Shown: positions 52,560 to 63,220 of the stretch, one piece after another
Numbering within the stretch: the stretch's first letter is position 1
Layout: each line of letters opens with the position of its first letter
Assembly: GCA_030704615.1 (NCBI GenBank)
Contig: CM060731.1
Location: 60,698,001-60,762,000 of the forward strand
Direction of reading: 5' to 3'
Source: Takakia lepidozioides
Lineage: Eukaryota > Plantae > Bryophyta
DNA length: 64,000 nucleotides
Made by a program: the position numbers and the translations under genes
Notes under the pieces: model-generated
What the model was told of the DNA's origin: nothing
The model's database searches: none
The model's input: the letters and a program-made list of their open reading frames with translations, nothing else

Positions 52560-54921
52560 ACTCGTCATAGCAATGAAATGCTCTCCTACACCCTCCGAGG
52601 AACTTGCCCCACCTTCCTCCTCATCCCCCCCATCCTCCGAGCTCTGTGATGCATCAGTTCCACTATGCCTCTCAAAAATTCCGTCCTCTCCTTGGGGGAC
52701 TGTCCACCTCATCTCCTGGGAATCTTCTGCCTCTTCTCCCCCACTTTCCTCAGCAGAATCCAAGATCTACGAGCCTGACGGGCTCTAATAGCTGCTGCCT
52801 CCTCCCTCATCTTTATTTTCTTGAGGCTTGCCTCGTCTAAAATCTGTTGTACACGACTAGGTTCGGAAGACCTCCTAATGGACACCGAAGCAAGCCGGGC
52901 AGCATAAGTAGGAAGGATGTAGTCCCTTTCTGGACTAGGCATGAAATCCCCCCTGGCAAAAAAAGCACGTTCATCCTGCCCATGAACTGCGGTGTAGACG
53001 TCCCTCCTGCCGTACTTGGCATCCTGCAGTAAGAACAAATCCACTTTAAGAATGTCAATACGAGCAGAAGCCAAAAAGGGTCTTTCAATGAAATAAGAGA
53101 GCGAAGGGAGGTGCCTCACGAAATCAGGAGGCAACTTACAATGCGACCACTCACTCGTAAACCGGGGGCTCCTCGGCCTCGATCCCAACTTGTATCTCCC
53201 CCTGCTCCTTGACGGATTCTTCCTCATCCTCCGAGGATGCCTCTTCCTCTTTTGGCAGACGTTCAGCCGCTGCAAGTTTGGAGTTGTGGAGGGCAGTATC
53301 TGGCTCGAAGGCGAAGACATGCCTGTTGGACAATGTCCCTGTCCACATTGAAGCACCTAAGGGACAAAGCGGGCGGTTAGTAGCATGTGGCATGCAATTG
53401 CAATCGGGCCAGGGGACAAACTGTGCACGTGAAGGCTTACCCGTGCCGCATGTGAGGTCAAGAATCCGCCCTTGGACATCCGAGCACGTCTCCATGAGGG
53501 TTTGGATGAAAGCAGGGCTCCGGGTCCGGCTATACCACCACAGTTTGTCTGTCTTTGTGTCCTTCGGCATACTGGAGTGGGGCACATAGTTGTAGAGGAA
53601 TCGTAGGTAACAGGGTCCACAGCGGCATCAACAAGACGACCGTCATTGTGGAATTTGAACGTAGACCCTCTCTTCACAAAACAATATGCCTCAAACACCA
53701 ATGTCTGCACATCCAACAAAAGAGGGATCAACTCCAGGGTCCAGTTCAGATACACCACAATATGAAGTGAATGCAATAGATTGATAACTTACACTCTAGC
53801 CCTTTGTTCGCAACCCCTGCGTATTGATGCAGAACCATTTTTTGAGGAGGACCGGGGTGACACTTTTCGGTGTCCACCTTGCCACAACATTGTCTGTGGT
53901 CTTCCCTCTTGTGGCAAGGACCACAATACATCCACCGTCATCCAAGAGCATCCCCGCCAGCCCAAACCCGACTCTCCAGTAGTCCTCAGTAAATTTGTTC
54001 CAAGTGGGCACACCATCCAGGCCCTCCAGCAGCTCCCCATCTGGAATATCGAGGATAATCATATCGTAGGCTCTCTCCACCTCAACCCCCCCCCCCGAGT
54101 GCTCTTGCAATCCGTGCTCACAGCCGTAAAGAATTCCATCATGGATTCAAAACCAGGGGTGTCTTTAGGCTCTGTACTGGGAGCCCTCTTCTTGGCTTTC
54201 CCCTTCAGCTCCTCCAGAGACTTGTTGTGTGCCACCTTCTTCGCCCTGGCAGCCAGAGCGTCAAGGAAGCTCTCATTTGACACATTGGATGATGGTTGGG
54301 GGTTCTAGCTTTGGCCTCTGCGGAAACGTCACCGCCGAATACCGCCGTGTAGGCTCACCCTCAAATGCCAACTTCTTGGCAGAGCCAGTCCCAGTCCGAA
54401 CTGACTTGGGAACCCGGACGACCGGTGACTTGGTAGCAACAGCAGCACTCGCAGGACCTTGTACAAAGCCGTCGTCAGAGTCACTCCCTTGGGGCCCCTC
54501 TTGCGCCTCCTCTGGTGCCCCGGTGGTTTTCTGTTTTTTGGGGGTTACTGTACTCCCCTGTTTCCGTGTCCTTTTCTTTTGTCCTTTATTCTTCTCATTC
54601 AATTTCTCCTGAATACCTGTCTGAGCAAGCTCTGCCGTTTTCCTGGACTTGGCAAGCGCTTTCGCCTCCTTTGGACCCAGCGGAGGCAGCGGAGCCCGGT
54701 TTCGTCGGGCCTCAGCATCCAGCTTCAATTGAAACTCGGATGAGTCGAGTGAGCTGGGCGGAAGGTCCACATACCAAGGGCAGTCGCGCAAATGTTCCAG
54801 TTGCCACTCCTTCACGATAACGTCAGTGTACATGGAGTCAGCCCCAGGGTTCCTCCATGCGAGGAAGAATGGCGGCTCGAATGACAGATGACCTTTCTCC
54901 AAAAGGGAGAACTTGCAGTAC
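52560..54921 (-). pseudogene. Second, diverged copy of the β-class DNA-methyltransferase-like transposon gene (copy 2; 5' exons missing)
   Basis: PPFFLAWRNPG…KEWQLEHLRDCPWYVDLP (homologous to copy 1). AYDMIILDIPDG (54050-54039), MLLDDGGCIVVL, RSPAFIQTLMETCSDVQGRILDLTCGT|G, RHVFAFEPD, acidic tail. Intron positions match copy 1; several frameshifts. Confidence 0.8.
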
Positions 54922-54999
54922 CTGCATTCAAGAAACACACACAGAATGAGTTCCCGGGAACGAGGTAAATTTTAGGGAATGAAACTGCAAAATAGACGC

Positions 55000-55527
55000 C
55001 GAACTGACTGGGCCCAGAACTGGAAAAATGGCGCCAAATTTTCAGTTTCGGTGCCAGCCACCCCAGGGACTTAGCCATTTTCGGGGCCCTGAACTGGAAA
55101 TTCGGCGCCATTTCCCCAGATTGGGGCCAAAAATGGCTAAGTCCCAGAACTACTGGATCCGGAACGGGGAAGATGGCGCTCAATTTCCAGTTTTGGTGCC
55201 AGCCACCCTAGGGACTTAGCCATTTTCGGGGCCCTAAACTGGAAATTCGGTGCCATTTTCCCAGGTTGGGGCCGAAAATGGCTAAGTCCCAGAACTGACT
55301 GGGCCCGGAACTGGAAAAATGGCGCCAAATTTCCGGTTTCGGTGCCAGCCACCCTAGGGACTTAGCCATTTTCGGGGCCCTGACCTGGAAATTCGGTGCC
55401 ATTTTCCCAGGTTGGGGCCGAAAATGGCTAAGTCCTAGAACTGACTGGCCCGAAGCTGGAAAAATGGCGCCGAATTTCCAGTTTCGGTACCAGCCACCCC
55501 AGGGACTTAGCCATTTTCGGGGCCCTG
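55000..55527. repeat. 145-bp tandem repeat (~3.6 copies) rich in GGCGCC/GGTGCC motifs
   Basis: GGGACTTAGCCATTTTCGGGGCCC at 55066, 55211, 55357 and 55502. Confidence 0.9.
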
Positions 55528-56020
55528 ATGGATAGAATTTCCATCCGCCAGGTTGGTCGGAGAGCGGATGGATGGAAATCCGGCGCCGGATTTCCATCCT
55601 GCCAGATAGGGCGGCGCGCGAAATTTCCACCACGCAGGTAATTCGGAGCCGGATGGATGGAAATCCGGCGCCGGATTTCCATCCTGTCAGGTAGGGCGGC
55701 GCGCGAAATTTCCACCACGCAGGTAATTCGGAGCCGGATGGATGGAAATTCGGCGCCGGATTTCCATCCGCCAGGTTGGTCGGAGAGCGGATGGATGGAA
55801 ATTCGGCGCCGAATTTCCATCCGGCAGGTAGGGCGGCGCGCAAAATTTGCGTCATGCAGGTAATTTGGAGCGGATCAGGATGGAAATTCGGCGCCGAATT
55901 TCCATCCTGCAGGTAATTCCAAGCCCGGATGGATGGAAATCAGGCGCCGAATTTCCATCCAGCAGGTAACTCGGATCCCTGGCGGATGGAAATTCGGCGC
56001 CGAATTTCCATTCGTCAGGT
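55528..56020. repeat. Array of 30-bp palindromes GGATGGAAATTCGGCGCCGAATTTCCATCC (53/85-bp spacing)
   Basis: Cores at 55581, 55666, 55751, 55804, 55889, 55942 and 55995. Confidence 0.92.
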
Positions 56021-56159
56021 AAGTCAAAGTGCCAAATTACCTTCCTACAGGTAATTCTGAGCGTGGCCGCTTGGTTTTTCGGAGGAAAACAAAGTAAACT
56101 GTTAGTTTTTTTGACTGAAGTCCACTTTTAGACACGTTTTTCATGGAATCCTTGACTGC

Positions 56160-57010
56160 TAGAGGGAAATCCGAACGGCCTCGGACGGAAATTCGGCGCT
56201 GTTTTTCCATCATGGGAGGTTTTTATATCGTCCAGTTTTGGGCCTCACCACCCGACCGGACTTCCTTTAAGGGGGCCCGGATGGAAATTCGGCGGCGAAT
56301 TTCCATCCGGGGGATGGTCTCTGTCGGACAGGTGCCGGCCTCTACGCCCGAGGCGACTTCGTCCGGGCGTCACCTATTGGATATTCGGTGCCGAATTTCC
56401 GTCCGGGGTTGAAATGTGACGGCCAGGTGCCGGCCTCTCCCCCTCCCCGACTGCATCGGAACGGCCCCGGATGGAAATTCGGCGCCGTTTTCCCATCTGG
56501 GGAGGTTTTTATGTCGGCCAGTTTTCGGCCTGCCCCCCCGACATGACTTCGTTTGGGGGGGCCCGGATGGAAATTCGGCGCCGAATCTCCATCCAGGGGA
56601 TGCTCTCTGTCGAACACGCGCCGGCCTCTAGGCCTGAGGCGACTTCATCCGGGCTTCCACTGTTGGATATTCGGTGCCGAATTTCCGTCCGGGGGTTGTA
56701 ATGTGAGGGCCAGGTGTCGGCCTTTCCCCCGAGCCGACTGCATCCGAACGGCCTCGGATGGAAATTCGGCGCCGTTTTTCCATCCGGGGAGGTTTTTATG
56801 TAGGCCAGTTTTCGGCCTGACCCCCCGACACGACTTCCTTTGGGGGGATCCGAATGGAAATTCGGCGCTGAATTTCCATCCGGGGGTTGTTCTCTGTCGG
56901 ACAGGTTCCGGCCTCTCTGCCCGAGGCGACTTCATACGTGCGGCCCCTGCTGGATATTCGGTGCCGAATTTTCATCCGGGGGTAGTAATGTGACGGCACG
57001 GTGCCGGCTT
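56160..57010. repeat. ~287-bp tandem repeat x3, each unit with three GAAATTCGGCGCCG-type motifs ~96 bp apart
   Basis: Cores at 56194, 56290, 56386, 56480, 56576, 56672, 56767, 56863 and 56959. Confidence 0.9.
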
Positions 57011-58515
57011 CTCCCCTTCAGCCGACATCATCCGGACGGAAGAACAAGAAGGCTGCTAGTGGTTCTCCCCCTTCTTTAAACTAGAAAGACTTCTTGGAAA
57101 GGGGCAAGAGGTCCATCATCTACCAACCCTACGTGGGCGACGTGCTCTCCTTCTTCCACAAGGCTCCAATACTGAAGTGCGGGATGAACTTGTTTCCTTG
57201 ACGGACTTGGTGCATTCCGAGCTAGTTTTTTATCTTACATGTATCAATTTGGTGGGGCGTACGGTGGAGTGATGTCTTGATCTTCTTAGCCGATCTACTT
57301 CAGCTTGATCCTCTTATCTTTAGCGGCTTAGTGTTAGTTTGCGGATAGTGACTTTTATGGTCCGATGGCTTGACCTCTCTAGGCCTTACAAACATTTTGT
57401 AGTTTCATGATATATCACCATCTGTACTCCATGCATGGTTTTCCTAGCCAAGGGTTTTGTCCTCGGCCCAATTTGCAGGTGCCAGGTTTTCCCTTGGTAG
57501 GTTTTCACCCAGTAGTGGAGGGTGATATTATCCCACTATTTGCTTATTATTTATTTCCTTTTCGGAGCTCAGGATTTTTCGTGGGGGGTAGGCTTCACAG
57601 ATGTGAAGGCCCATACTTTCGTGGCTAGAAATCTCTTTTTTCATCCTAAACGGCGATACACATCCATCGTATTTGTTTTGGGCTAAAAGTGTCGTTAAAC
57701 AGTTACAATGATATCTCGGTTAGGGTTAGTTTAGGATTGTGGCCACATCCTGGCCCTTCATCAGATCTAGGGTGTTAAAAAGGCGCCGTGGGCTTTGGCT
57801 TGTCACGCCCCGCCACGTGGCAAGCAGCTGAAGCTAGGGCTTTTGGTATAAAGATGGCGCCCTAACACAAGTCAGGGGCGGTGTACTCGGGTGTTAGTGT
57901 ATATGTGAAGTTGGTGTACAAGCTTTGGATGAGAGCTCCTTTGTGTCAGATCCTTGTGTTTGATCCTCCTCTCGCGCATTGCCTGCTCTTTCCGCTCACC
58001 CCTTTGTTGTGAAACCTTGTTTCTTGAGAGGAAAAGAATATATGCTTCAGGCTTGTTTTGAGGCTTCACACTCCTACCACAAAAAGTTTTATAAAAATCG
58101 AACAGCCAGATTCAAAGATTATAAGTGTAGAGTGGGGACCAAAAAATTCACTCCCCTAAATAATAAGTGCCAAAAAAAGCAGTTTTTAGCTCACATCTCG
58201 GCAGTTTTGATTTTTTCTTTTTAGAGAGTCTCAAGATTTTTTTTTTTAGTTGTTTTCTTTTCTCATGAATTCAGTTTCCTACCTAATAACACACATTCCC
58301 TGAAATTTTCAGCTTTTTCTGGTATATTTGCTTTTTTGCAAACTTTGAAAGCGCACCCCTGTTTTTAGGTACGTTCAGACCTAGAGATAGCAGGTGCAGT
58401 AAACCGAAAATAAGACATCGACGTTCAAACCTGATTCTGCTATCGACGGATATTGTCGACGTGGCACCATTATCAACGCGCCAGTGTTTCTTTTATTGGT
58501 GATTTATCGCCATCG

Positions 58516-58639
58516 CCAAATTGCGTCTTTGAATGGGCCTGGCGAATGAGGTTAAGGAAAATAAGGTTGAAAAATAGCCAAATTGCGACTTTGAACAGGC
58601 CTGGCGAATGAGGTTAAGGAAAATAAGGTTGAAAAATAG
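58516..58639. repeat. ~62-bp tandem duplication
   Basis: GCCAAATTGCG…GGCCTGGCGAATGAGGTTAAGGAAAATAAGGTTGAAAAATA occurs twice in tandem. Confidence 0.85.
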
Positions 58640-59270
58640 ATCGGTTTCACCAAAAGTTCATGTAATGGGCCCATCTTTCACCATAGGGTCTCCAAGAGGG
58701 AGCCACTTGTCGCCATCCTGGAGCGAGGGACGTTAGAACGGAGGGGCCAGATTCCGCTCAGCACCTATAAGGGATCGCCACTTTCACATGTACATTGGGG
58801 GAGGGTATGGAGCCAACAATGTTCCTTGTATATGTTGTAGTGTACTACTTAGCATATGGACAATGTAAATCAGGCTTGTGGTATTGATGGTGCTTTGATG
58901 GCATAAGACCTTATGGTCAAATCTCAAGTTTTTGTGGCATAGAGCTTGTTGAGGTAATATCTATTTTGGTGGCTATTTTGTTTGTCTATTTTGTTTCCAT
59001 ATTGGTAGCATTAACATGCTGGCCTTTAACAATCTAGACTTCCTTTTCCCAGATAGGTCGCTAATCCTTCCTTTGGTTCTGATGTCAATGCTCGGCTATG
59101 GAGCTTCGTCTCTGCCCTCATACTATATCTCTGTTCTAAGGTTCCTTACTGGCTGGTACTTCCGGAAGCTTCAAGTTTCCCTTCTATGACTACCAAATGT
59201 TGTAGTGAATTTTAGCGGGAGCTCGGTCTCCTTGTATGCCCTACAAGGTTCCGTGTGATCAGTCCTCATG

Positions 59271-59384
59271 GCAGCCTTCGGGCATGTAAGGGTTTTAACT
59301 TTTTTTCCCTTCAATAATTTTAATAAAGCTCTAAAAGGGCTACCGAGTCCCCTTTTCCAAAAAAAAAAAAAAAAAAAAAAAAAA
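59271..59384 (+). mobile_element. Short poly(A)-tailed retroposon 3' end (L1-type or SINE)
   Basis: AATAAA, short hairpin AAAAGGG…CCCTTTT, A26 tail, flanked by a CTCATG duplication (59265-70 / 59385-90). A similar hairpin plus poly(A) occurs at 62932-63021. Confidence 0.6.
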
Positions 59385-59862
59385 CTCATGCTATGTTAAT
59401 TTTAGATTGTTCGCCTTATTGTCTCTACTATGTTTTGGATTCATTCGTCTAACACTCATTCAACATCTCCTACAATCGCCACTGCATTTTCTACCATAGC
59501 CACACATGCTCCACTTAGGTTCCCATGGATGCACTCGCACTACAATGCAAATAATATAAAAGAAACGCTGCAACGCGCCTAACTCCTGGTGGTAACTATC
59601 GATTACTCATGGTGATAAAAATGGCGGGTTATAAAAATTATTTAAAATCTTTGTAGTCCCGCTTCTAACTCCGTCGATAGCCTATCACTCCCAAATGTAG
59701 ACTGATGGCTATCTGCAAATTCCCGCTCCTCGCTCGGTCCTCCTTGCTCACTCCTCCTCATTTGCACGCACAATGGTCAACAAGGAAGACTCCGACAACA
59801 GCAGGATGGAGACAAACAACTCTGAACGTAGATCACATAAGCGACAAGCTGGAACAAGCTTA

Positions 59863-62464
59863 CCTGAACTTCAAACTTGACAAGATTCTTTTCAACTCCT
59901 GCTCCGCTATCACTAGGCTCAAAACTCAACACTCACTGTTGCCTCCTCGAGGGTCAGCTGTCCAGTGGGCAGAGGACACCTTATAGACAGATCCTGCCAT
60001 GGGCGAATCAGAAAGGCCATCACTTGCAAGGCTTTTCACGCTTTGGGTTGGCACCAGTGCCACCCACCGACACTTTACATTATAGGCCCCCATCTTCTTC
60101 CAGCCAATGTCCAGCTCCCGGAGTGCCTTTAAGACCTCTGTCATTATCTCTTTTGGATCGGATTGGGACTATGATTGATGGTTATATTCACAGACAGCCA
60201 AATCCAAAATGAAACACCTAGAAATGATGCTCAATTCTTATAAACCAAACAGGCCATAAAGTTTCAACCTCAATTTTTTGGAACTAATATTGCAACATAT
60301 TGGCCTGATCCACATGGTCCTTACTGGCATGTCACCAGGTGTGAGTGATAGTACATCCCTTGACCAGGATATTGACCATTTCTAGGACAATGAGGAAGGA
60401 TTCTCTTATACTATCTTCCCAATTTTGTGGTGATGACAAGTCCAGGATGCTAGGTGAAACATGGCCAAAGTGGCTCTCAGGACTCCCCACAATGCGGCCA
60501 TGGTATTACTAACCAACCACCAGGCTTATCTACTGGAACCTTACTGTTTCTTAACGGTTACGTGGTTGGGGTGTCGATAGGAAAATATTCCATCGCGTAG
60601 ATAGCGACACTACCTGTGCTTCAAACGTGGGTCTTCAATTGAAATCCTAGACCAGTAAATAGAACACCATCAACAAGTACATGAAATACAAGTACATGGG
60701 GAGAATCTACCCTTGCATTTGGTAAGTGAGATACATGAGACAACGTCAAACGGTTTCAGGTCGACAGTTACAACCTCCTGGAATCAAAGTGTCTTGCAGG
60801 TTTGGAGAAAACAGACTGATAGTGGGAGTGGGAGGATATGAAGGTACCTGAAGACCCAAAGCCCACTTTCGCTCTACGGCCACCCTATGTTGTAAACGAG
60901 AAGGAGATGGACCCCGCCGATCCATACTAGCTGTATGCACTAGTACCTTCACTTAGGAAGGTCTCCCCATGGGAGTTGAGCAATTGAAATGCATGGGTAA
61001 CATAGGGACCAGGTGTTCCTGCATGTCCATCCTTCTCAAAGCAATGAGTGTCAACATATAACTGACATCCAACTATCACCATAACCATCAAATTCTTTAG
61101 ACCTATCTTCCACTGACTAACAGAAACAGCATCACCTTCCCACACTCACGTAGGCATCCAACAAAACTGCAAACCTGCCAAAAGCATATACAACCCAGCT
61201 TGAAAGGTCACGTGACATCTCTGAAAGAGTACTGCAAATTTTGAACAGTCAAGGCAGGACATGTTGATGCAAAAGTTGTGCCAAACTAACAACAACTCGA
61301 ATGCCCTGTATGCTTAGATTCCCTTTTGTTGCAGTGACCATATATGTATCAAGGACAGGATGTCAGCCTCTTTGACAATAAGATAATTGCAGCCATAGGT
61401 GGGCACAAGCTACTTACATGCCCCAGGCCCATGCTAAATGTTCATAACAAGTTCCTCATTCAATTCAACTGCAACTCACCTTGGCTTCTTCAAACTCAGC
61501 CCCAAGATAGCCATTAGATAGACGATGCCTGTTATCTAGCATTAGATAATTTGCCACAGTTGCCTGCATCAGGCAAGCTAACTGTCAATGTTCCAACCTT
61601 TAATGCCAAAAAGATGCTAGTGCCCACTCGTCTGGTAAACTCCACATTTCATACAGATGATCCAACTGCGAGCAAATATGGACCAGCAGACTGACCTGCT
61701 CAGGCATAATCAGAACTATACCAGCCTTTCCGACTACATCTGTCAAGCTATGGAAATGGAACAACAGATAAAGATAAATCGAGAAATAGACCCTAGTTGA
61801 GAAGCTACTACAAGTAGAACGAGGAATCCATGGAAGCTGCTGTCGACAGGAGAAATATATAATCAAACTCAGATCTCAGTTTTGTACAGCACCACAACAA
61901 TCCACCGACTTGAAGCCATGTTATAAAGCCATGCCTACTGGAAAAAGTTTGTACATTATTTTGACACGATTAAGTAAGGAGTCAACAAGCTGAGATCGGT
62001 CGAACCCTAAAAGCACCACTTCCTGGAGAATGTCTTCATCGATTTGCACACATATTTCCGCACACGTCAACCATTATACATGTTCAAATTGTTTCTCATA
62101 AACCAGAGCAAGAATTATGACTTCCACACATAGGTAGACATGCAGGCTCTGGTAACATTTCTTTGCTCACCAGTGTTCTCTTCGAGCACAGCTGAAATCA
62201 AGTTGATAGTAACTAGCCTGCTATGGATACGTGGACACTAGATGCAACATCTCAACTTCAGCTACTCTCAGAGAGAGTGTACCTGTTAGCTTGCTGTATG
62301 GTATTAGGAGGAGGATAACGAGGCAAATGAGATTGAAACGAAAGATGCTGGCGAATCTCAGGAATAATAACCCGCTTCAATGGGTCCACCAATAGCATAC
62401 GTGGAATCAGATCCCTTGCTCTCAGCGACAAATGGCTTGGTGGCGTGTAAATGCCACCCTGCAC
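59863..62464 (-). pseudogene. SnRK1: SnRK1α (KIN10-like) kinase gene fragment: kinase C-lobe, UBA and part of KA1; N-terminal kinase exons and last exon absent
   Basis: Exons GGIYTPPSHLSLRARDLIPRMLLVDPLKR…HLPRY (62459-62283), IDEDILQEVV…VDSLLNR (~62043-61955), ATVANYLMLDNR…YLGAEF (~61564-61481), ERKWALGLQ (~61040-60848), IMTEVLKALRELDIGWKKMGAYNVKCRW…VKFEVQ (~60170-59863). Small deletions and frameshifts. Confidence 0.85.
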
Positions 62465-63220
62465 AAACAGGCACCCGCCATCTTCACCCCGCCATCTCCA
62501 TATGCACGCTAGGGTTTCACTGTGATAGTATTGAGCTCAGCCAAGGGACTTAGCTGATTCTGGCTTATCTCTTCAGCGTGCAATCTCGTCCTTACATCCT
62601 TGGGATCTGACGGTGAGTAGTTATGTAATCGTGCAGATCTGAGCATGTCCATAGGACGATGGAGATCATCCAGGTGCTACATGCATTGGGTGCTTGTGGC
62701 AGAAAATTTAAAGTTTCCAGGCCAGGTTTTCAGGTTTGTGAAAGCGAATTAGCTAACATAATTTTATTCTACAAGAATTTAAAGGTTAATAACTTTGTAA
62801 TATATATATATATATATTAAATTATTTATTTCAGTATACTAAAATAATTTTCACGGATTTATTTATAAAATCAATTTTATTTATAAAGGCTTGTCCCACC
62901 AATATATATATATATATATATTGCGGTAACAGGGGCAGTGGCCCTGGTTGGATATTTAAAATATCTTATAATAAAGTTAACCAAGGCTGCTATCCCCCTG
63001 TTTATCAAAAAAAAAAAAAAATCCTTGATAAGCACAACAGAGGGGATTGGGACATTTTCCCCCTACTCATCTTTTCCTCTTACAGTTTCCCCCTTCAACT
63101 TTCCCTCCAGCTTTTCATAGCAAGGGATTATTAGTTGGAATGTTGTACTTTCCCTCCAAGTTTCCCTCTGATAAACGTGCCAAATGAGTTCTTTTAAGGG
63201 TTTTGTTATTTTCCATTTGT

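Larger units (their letters stand above)
33772..58070 (+). mobile_element. Degenerate LTR retrotransposon (5' LTR 33772-34022 + 49198-~49375; 3' LTR 57602-58070) with gag remnant, hosting nested insertions
   Basis: 33772-34022 and 57602-57850 are near-identical direct repeats starting TGTGAAG, and the repeat resumes at 49198 (AAGATGGCGCCCT…) after the MITE. The right copy ends CTTCACA (TG…CA, 7-bp terminal inverted repeat). A gag-like frame lies at 51799-52390. No pol is seen and the TSD is ambiguous (CCTAC on the left, CT-CCTAC on the right). Confidence 0.7.

Noticed and set aside
52551-57061. CACTA element bounded by CACTAG (52551) and CTAGTG (57056-57061)
   Set aside because: Only 6 bp of inverted match, and the flanking triplets differ (TGG versus GTT), so there is no TSD.
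54812-57079. Many ORFs with MEIRRR/WKFGAEF repeats
   Set aside because: Artefacts of palindromic tandem arrays open on both strands.
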